Below, in pieces: positions 61,101 through 64,000 of a stretch of 64,000 bases of DNA (position 1 is the stretch's first letter; the number at the start of each line of letters is the position of its first letter). The translations under genes and the position numbers were made by a program. The notes below the pieces were generated by a model. It did no database searches and was not told where the DNA came from. It was given only the letters and a program-made list of their open reading frames with translations. The stretch is from positions 434,001 through 498,000 of the forward strand of contig OZ037839.1 of assembly GCA_964035575.1 (NCBI GenBank). Direction: 5' to 3'. The stretch comes from Rhynchopus sp. YZ270_cl-10. Its lineage: Eukaryota.

Positions 61101-61651
61101 CTTTTGTTGTGTTCTTTGTCGCCAAGATACGTCTGTGAATTGTCTCCTCGTTTGCCAATTTTAATTTCCTCTGAATTGTCTCCTTTTTTGTTTTGTTCTC
61201 TGTTGTCCTGATAGGCCCGTGAATTGTCTCCTCGTTTGTCGCATTTTGAATTGTCTCCTCTCTTGTTATGTTCTTTGTCGCCCTGGTTTGTCTGTGAATT
61301 GTCTCCCTGTTTGTCGTCTTTAAATTTATTTGAATTGTCTCCTCTTTTGTTTTGTTCTTTGTCGCCAAGATACGTCTGTGAATTGTCTCCTCGTTTGCCA
61401 ATTTTAATTTCCTCTGAATTGTCTCCTTTTTTGTTTTGTTCTCTGTTGTCCTGATAGGCCCGTGAATTGTCTCCTCGTTTGTCGCATTTTGAATTTTCTC
61501 CTCTTTTGTTATGTTCTTTGTCGCCCTGGTTTGTCTGTGAATTGTCTCCCTGTTTGTCGTCTTTAAATTTATTTGAATTGTCTCCTCTTTTGTTTTGTTC
61601 TTTGTCGCCATGATACATCTTTGGATTGTCCCTTCGTCCCCTGTCAGTCAA
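58196..61651 (-). CDS. Pol: reverse transcriptase + RNase H with long N-terminal extension overlapping YR
   Basis: RT motifs FTVEKKSGGLRFVVDGRKLN, SDARSWFYQI, LAMGWSFAP, WIDN; RNase H WSDAS, IFLKELYA, VDNLSAV, ADRFTR. Frame is open from 61855; first ATG at 61618. Confidence 0.9.
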   Translation of the reverse strand: MTDRGRRDNPKMYHGDKEQNKRGDNSNKFKDDKQGDNSQTNQGDKEHNKRGENSKCDKRGDNSRAYQDNREQNKKGDNSEEIKIGKRGDNSQTYLGDKEQNKRGDNSNKFKDDKQGDNSQTNQGDKEHNKRGDNSKCDKRGDNSRAYQDNREQNKKGDNSEEIKIGKRGDNSQTYLGDKEHNKRGDNSKYDKRGDNSRLFADNKGDKSEAISQQTRRQFRGRAAPAEPQPERFAGRKPSFAPRTSTTEGNATHRRTSSTGHGEGAAHSVTGVIGVVHGGAAKRVAPSERVQNKLGATHEDRVRVRRGDHSVVREEANNGKHASISSVTNLNRSVGSAETNDEYENRRFATVGRLPTGTEEIGSAEADDPSTTGDNRGDTQGYIFSQKPIAEAGVDDDVARGSTMLRRVGPQSRRNFDERPYCTDWGPLGRHEVRPFPPRETHRNGYGSVDVESFKGSDEKIEGLRPTIQRPLLQDNRQIVEKSKSEPHPSLPKARSGAPSQQQEGTVGTDPDDHATRHGGRSHPLLAERRSATGRADDFAIEAPAPKRLKFVHEAPIPQALKIPYPRSYDHDPIPVYNKEGPSDDLPADSEQTFIQTILEDSQSPSEDAGLLSLYDNSLCVRSSATNIRPPAEARAGGTDQDYIAAISRGRICLDTLESLDKENELEDILQIIRKRETFVSHLKEGWDKQAGIRRGTSRHMAQHLDTLIDFGVLSRTSAPQEVILHAFTVEKKSGGLRFVVDGRKLNRSMGPPPQMRLPHITAVIHRIVNSNWVVLSDARSWFYQIEVDQSIRPFFGVNTAGERGQFTRTVLNCLAMGWSFAPAIAQRCSRVLLPEEFGICWIDNFIVIQQSREEAVAQFSSFCERCDKANVELNMDDPTYGTPTQQFCVFGVEFNLEKHTFRSKPAWLEKFVQKDELAALRTGKLTPRQFYVVFGCIVWHSYTTHTPLCTLPAAITFVQNLASKTLQNVLLWDIHVEVPPSVIFEVRKRISLMTTNSWILQPPTKAITVWSDASKAEWAAILEDDEDEKVAQGTFGAGHEETSIFLKELYAAAKSVLLAAKYTSACTVHMKVDNLSAVFCIERGHSSNFAANAILSEMFAAAKQNGMTLRCAHVGTKQQRADRFTRGDKAKTNEQLQAITSLFESAARPY
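60004..61611 (-). CDS. Tyrosine recombinase
   Basis: Catalytic set present: GAARCSD (R), TKSD (K), TPHSLRRGAA (HxxR), TRH...LIRY (H, Y). Confidence 0.9.
   Translation of the reverse strand: MATKNKTKEETIQINLKTTNRETIHRQTRATKNITKEEKIQNATNEETIHGPIRTTENKTKKETIQRKLKLANEETIHRRILATKNKTKEETIQINLKTTNRETIHRQTRATKNITREETIQNATNEETIHGPIRTTENKTKKETIQRKLKLANEETIHRRILATKNTTKEETILNTTNEETIRDCLPTIKETKVKPSANKRGDNSGAAPPLQNLSLSALLVENPPSHLGRPRQKEMPLTAEQARLVMAKAQHTLSQALSGSYMGELRSVWRRLNEFKTNWEQHMKTELGYDEAIILWLEKKRTMENMLPSAALQTSIVASAALKRMTNTKTEGSQLLADYQRALRRLGALKPTTQAPPATTEEIRKAISLAKNPSLKLALTMMWQGAARCSDVLGLKAEEISMNDHTAQIGVHWVDTKSDPFRLGKHTGMDMAPSMLKALKGQMKKSKGSDRLFKDLSYRTIGKSLKRVNQNLTPHSLRRGAAHHLNNKRVPLEQIQMITRHDTVEGLIRYLPKGGLQRVEQTTLLSKPLHLND
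60995..61632 (-). repeat. Array of GGAGACAATTC-core repeats (27/36/48-nt units, 243-nt higher-order duplication) coding in two frames
   Basis: About 15 cores; read as GDNS in the pol frame and ETI in the YR frame. Confidence 0.9.
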
Positions 61652-62712
61652 CGTCTGGGCCCTGCGTACCTTCTTAACTCCTTTCCCGTGTTGCCCCAGT
61701 AGTCTCGGTCGCGCCCCCTCGCATCGTCTCCTCCCCTGTCCCTGTCGTCTCTCTTCTCCTTGGCGTCCCTCCCTGAATCCCGCGTCTTCGATACCTCTGT
61801 GTGCGTCTGCTTCTTTGCCGTGTCCAGAATGCGTGCCTGGATGACTTTTGAGAAGTCATCCACCGCGTATCCCTTTGCTTTAGACTCGTACATCATCCTT
61901 CCGGCAGCATTAGCCCCAATAATTGTGGTCGAGGTGAGTTCTACTATGGTGTTGTGTATGGGCGTCAGGAACTTGGTTGCGGGTGGGTCCTCTGAGTCCT
62001 CGATCAGCGCTAGGGAGTTGTCCAGCGCCTCGAAGCATCTTAGGACGCCCTTTTGATACTCGAGCGCGTTATCAAAAGTGGGTAGGGTCGACTCCCTGAA
62101 TGCCTTTCCTACCTTTTCCCTGATCTCCTTTCTGATGCGGCTGTTTTGGATGTTTTTCCAGGTTGCAACAACATACGGCGAGAAATCAGCGTCGAGTGCC
62201 GTTTGCTGGGACTTCTTGATAAACTCTATAGTTTTCTTGAGACTCTCGTTCTCCTGTTGCAGAAGATCCAAACGTGCAAAAGTGTGCATGAAAAGCTTCT
62301 TAGCGGTTTCCGGAATCATTGCGAGGAGCCCTTCCACCGTGTCCTCTGCGTCGTCGTCCTCCTCGTCCTGCTGCTGCTGCTCGATCGGCTTTTCCTTTTT
62401 CACCTTCGTTCTTGGCGCACGCCTCCACGCGCACACCGGACACACCCATCTCTCTGTCTTCTTGAGGAAGTCTGTGATCACCCCTTCAGGGATTAGCCCC
62501 GTGTTCCGCATGCACGTCTTCGTGCACTGTCTGCCGCAGCCCATGCAGCCAAGGACACCCTTTTTGTGCATGACACCGCACGAAGGAAAAATGCACTCAT
62601 CTTCGGTGTCCGGTTCCATTGCATTTGCTTTGGGGACTGGGGGTTTGATCTGGTCCCAAATGACCTTATCCCCCCCCGGCCAGCTATCCCAGGGAACAGC
62701 CACAGATGACAT
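61648..62712 (-). CDS. Gag-like ORF1 with PHD-like zinc finger and coiled coil
   Basis: CIFPSC...CMGC...CTKTC...WVCPVC; heptad-like RLDLLQQENESLKKTIEFIKK; R/D/G-rich tail; first ORF after repeat A1. Confidence 0.78.
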   Translation of the reverse strand: MSSVAVPWDSWPGGDKVIWDQIKPPVPKANAMEPDTEDECIFPSCGVMHKKGVLGCMGCGRQCTKTCMRNTGLIPEGVITDFLKKTERWVCPVCAWRRAPRTKVKKEKPIEQQQQDEEDDDAEDTVEGLLAMIPETAKKLFMHTFARLDLLQQENESLKKTIEFIKKSQQTALDADFSPYVVATWKNIQNSRIRKEIREKVGKAFRESTLPTFDNALEYQKGVLRCFEALDNSLALIEDSEDPPATKFLTPIHNTIVELTSTTIIGANAAGRMMYESKAKGYAVDDFSKVIQARILDTAKKQTHTEVSKTRDSGRDAKEKRDDRDRGGDDARGRDRDYWGNTGKELRRYAGPRR

Positions 62713-62732
62713 AGTTTCTTTTTGTTTGTTTG

Positions 62733-62905
62733 TTTTTTTTTTTTTTTTTTTTCAAACCCCAAAAGTCCCGAAAACCCCGAAAAACCCGCGTCCTGAAGTA
62801 CGGTGGAGAGGTGGAGCACAAGGGGGGAAGGGGAAAACGGTAAAACTCATGACAATCGACGAGCGCGTCTTTCATTTCCAGACGTATTGCATACTCGTAC
62901 AAAAT
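62733..62905 (-). repeat. Split direct repeat A1 (5' terminal)
   Basis: Identical to 57955-58131 except poly(T) length (20 vs 24). Confidence 0.92.
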
Positions 62906-64000
62906 TGAATGTAAAAGTAGAGACTACAACAAAAAAACAAACAAGAAGCCGCCCCGTACCCCTTAAACGTAAAAGTGACATTTTTGTTGACAAAAAAATA
63001 TATCCGTTTCGCTTGATCAGATCTCGACCGTTTGTTGCATTGCACGCTTCCACCTTTGAAAAAATTGATTGTTTCCAGCACACGCGGACTGTGTCAGTGT
63101 GTGTTGGTATATGATTATTGCCTGAAGTACAGAAAATGGGAGTGTCGGTGGCGGAGCACAAAAGAGGTAAAATGAGAAACACATCGGGTGGGGTCTCTGA
63201 TCTAATCTGTGCGACGAATATATTTCCCCTAACACGCCATGTTTGGCCAGGGCCTCTCCAGCGCGTCAGTTGCAGAAGAAAAATAGCTAAAAAATAGCGG
63301 ACATGTCGAAAAGGGAGAAAACCGGGGGGTTAAAAACATACCTTGTACTCGGCCCACTCTCCAGGTACAAAGAACATCACTGCACGACAAACCCACTACT
63401 ACGATAGAAAATAACTATTTTTTACCGAACAGAAAGGTCGTTTTATTGATGAGTGTTTTCTGAGTGCACACTCAGTGGGGACAAAATGCAACACTTACCG
63501 AAAAAATTCTCCAATCGGACAAAAACCTTTCTAAACACCCAAAAAAAAACACCTCAGTCCACATCCGCTGGGGTCGCGAGATGGAAATATATGGTTTTAC
63601 AGCTTTTAGGGGGTCTAGCGTGGGTCCCAGATGCATTTTGCAACGGGTCTGTGTGTGCCTCAACCGCTTCACAGTACCCTTTTTTGTAACTGAAAACGAC
63701 GCATCCTGTACCTAAGTGCACTGAAGCCTTGCTTGCGTCCTCCTTCGTGGTTTTGGGCGTTCGCACGCGAGAATCATTATCGCATTCTCACATGTAATTC
63801 TCGCATCACGGAGAGGATTTTAGCGTCACGTGACCACAAAAAAAGTGCACAGAATTAGTTTGGTCAAAAATCACCTTGCACTTGTGAAGGAATTGCTAAG
63901 GAAATGTGAAATATGCGTGTTTGGTACACAAAAGTGCGTTTTGGGTGGTTCTGAAGGGTCAAAACACCAAAAAAATGCGTTTTTTTGCATTTTTGGTCAC

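Larger units (their letters stand above)
57823..62905 (-). mobile_element. Tyrosine-recombinase (DIRS-order) retrotransposon with split direct repeats; gag-YR-RT/RH order (VIPER/TATE-like)
   Basis: Element sense: A1 (62733-62905), ORFs, B1 (58128-58188), A2 (57955-58131), 71-bp spacer, B2 (57823-57883). Intact gag, YR and RT-RNase H ORFs; AAAT shared at both ends and at the internal B1/A2 junction. Confidence 0.92.

Noticed and set aside
60995..61632. CRISPR array
   Set aside because: The core is only 11 nt, linkers are related to each other and duplicated, unit lengths are multiples of 3 inside two ORFs, there are no cas genes, and the context is eukaryotic.

Overview
Eukaryotic protist genomic DNA. 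Every credible gene is on the minus strand, genes sit behind C/A-rich tracts with AG acceptors, and several carry short canonical GTATG...CAG introns. This pattern suggests a euglenozoan, most likely a diplonemid (inference only). Host-type genes: a polyQ/SIM/FxSAF-repeat protein, a calcineurin-like metallophosphoesterase, a UBL-headed WD40-like protein, four tandem mosaic GH59 galactocerebrosidase-ricin B genes, three UBL-LRR genes (two ending in CaaX), a disrupted Crinkler-like NTPase-REase locus, a divergent Arf-like GTPase, a PSI-domain membrane protein, and three apparently identical 3278-bp tandem copies of an 848-aa hypothetical gene. A 4-exon gene, split across several ORFs in the ORF track, fuses a cyclic-nucleotide-binding-type domain to a mitochondrial-carrier (SLC25) transporter. 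Mobile DNA: a 2.0-kb hAT-like element with perfect TIRs and an 8-bp TSD, several MITEs/foldbacks, a dispersed intergenic repeat family, and an apparently intact 5083-bp tyrosine-recombinase retrotransposon (57823-62905) with split direct repeats. In that element the recombinase ORF follows gag in frame after a single UGA and is fully nested, in another frame, inside the RT-RNase H ORF, with a repeat array coding in both frames. All calls come from manual reading; no database searches were run.
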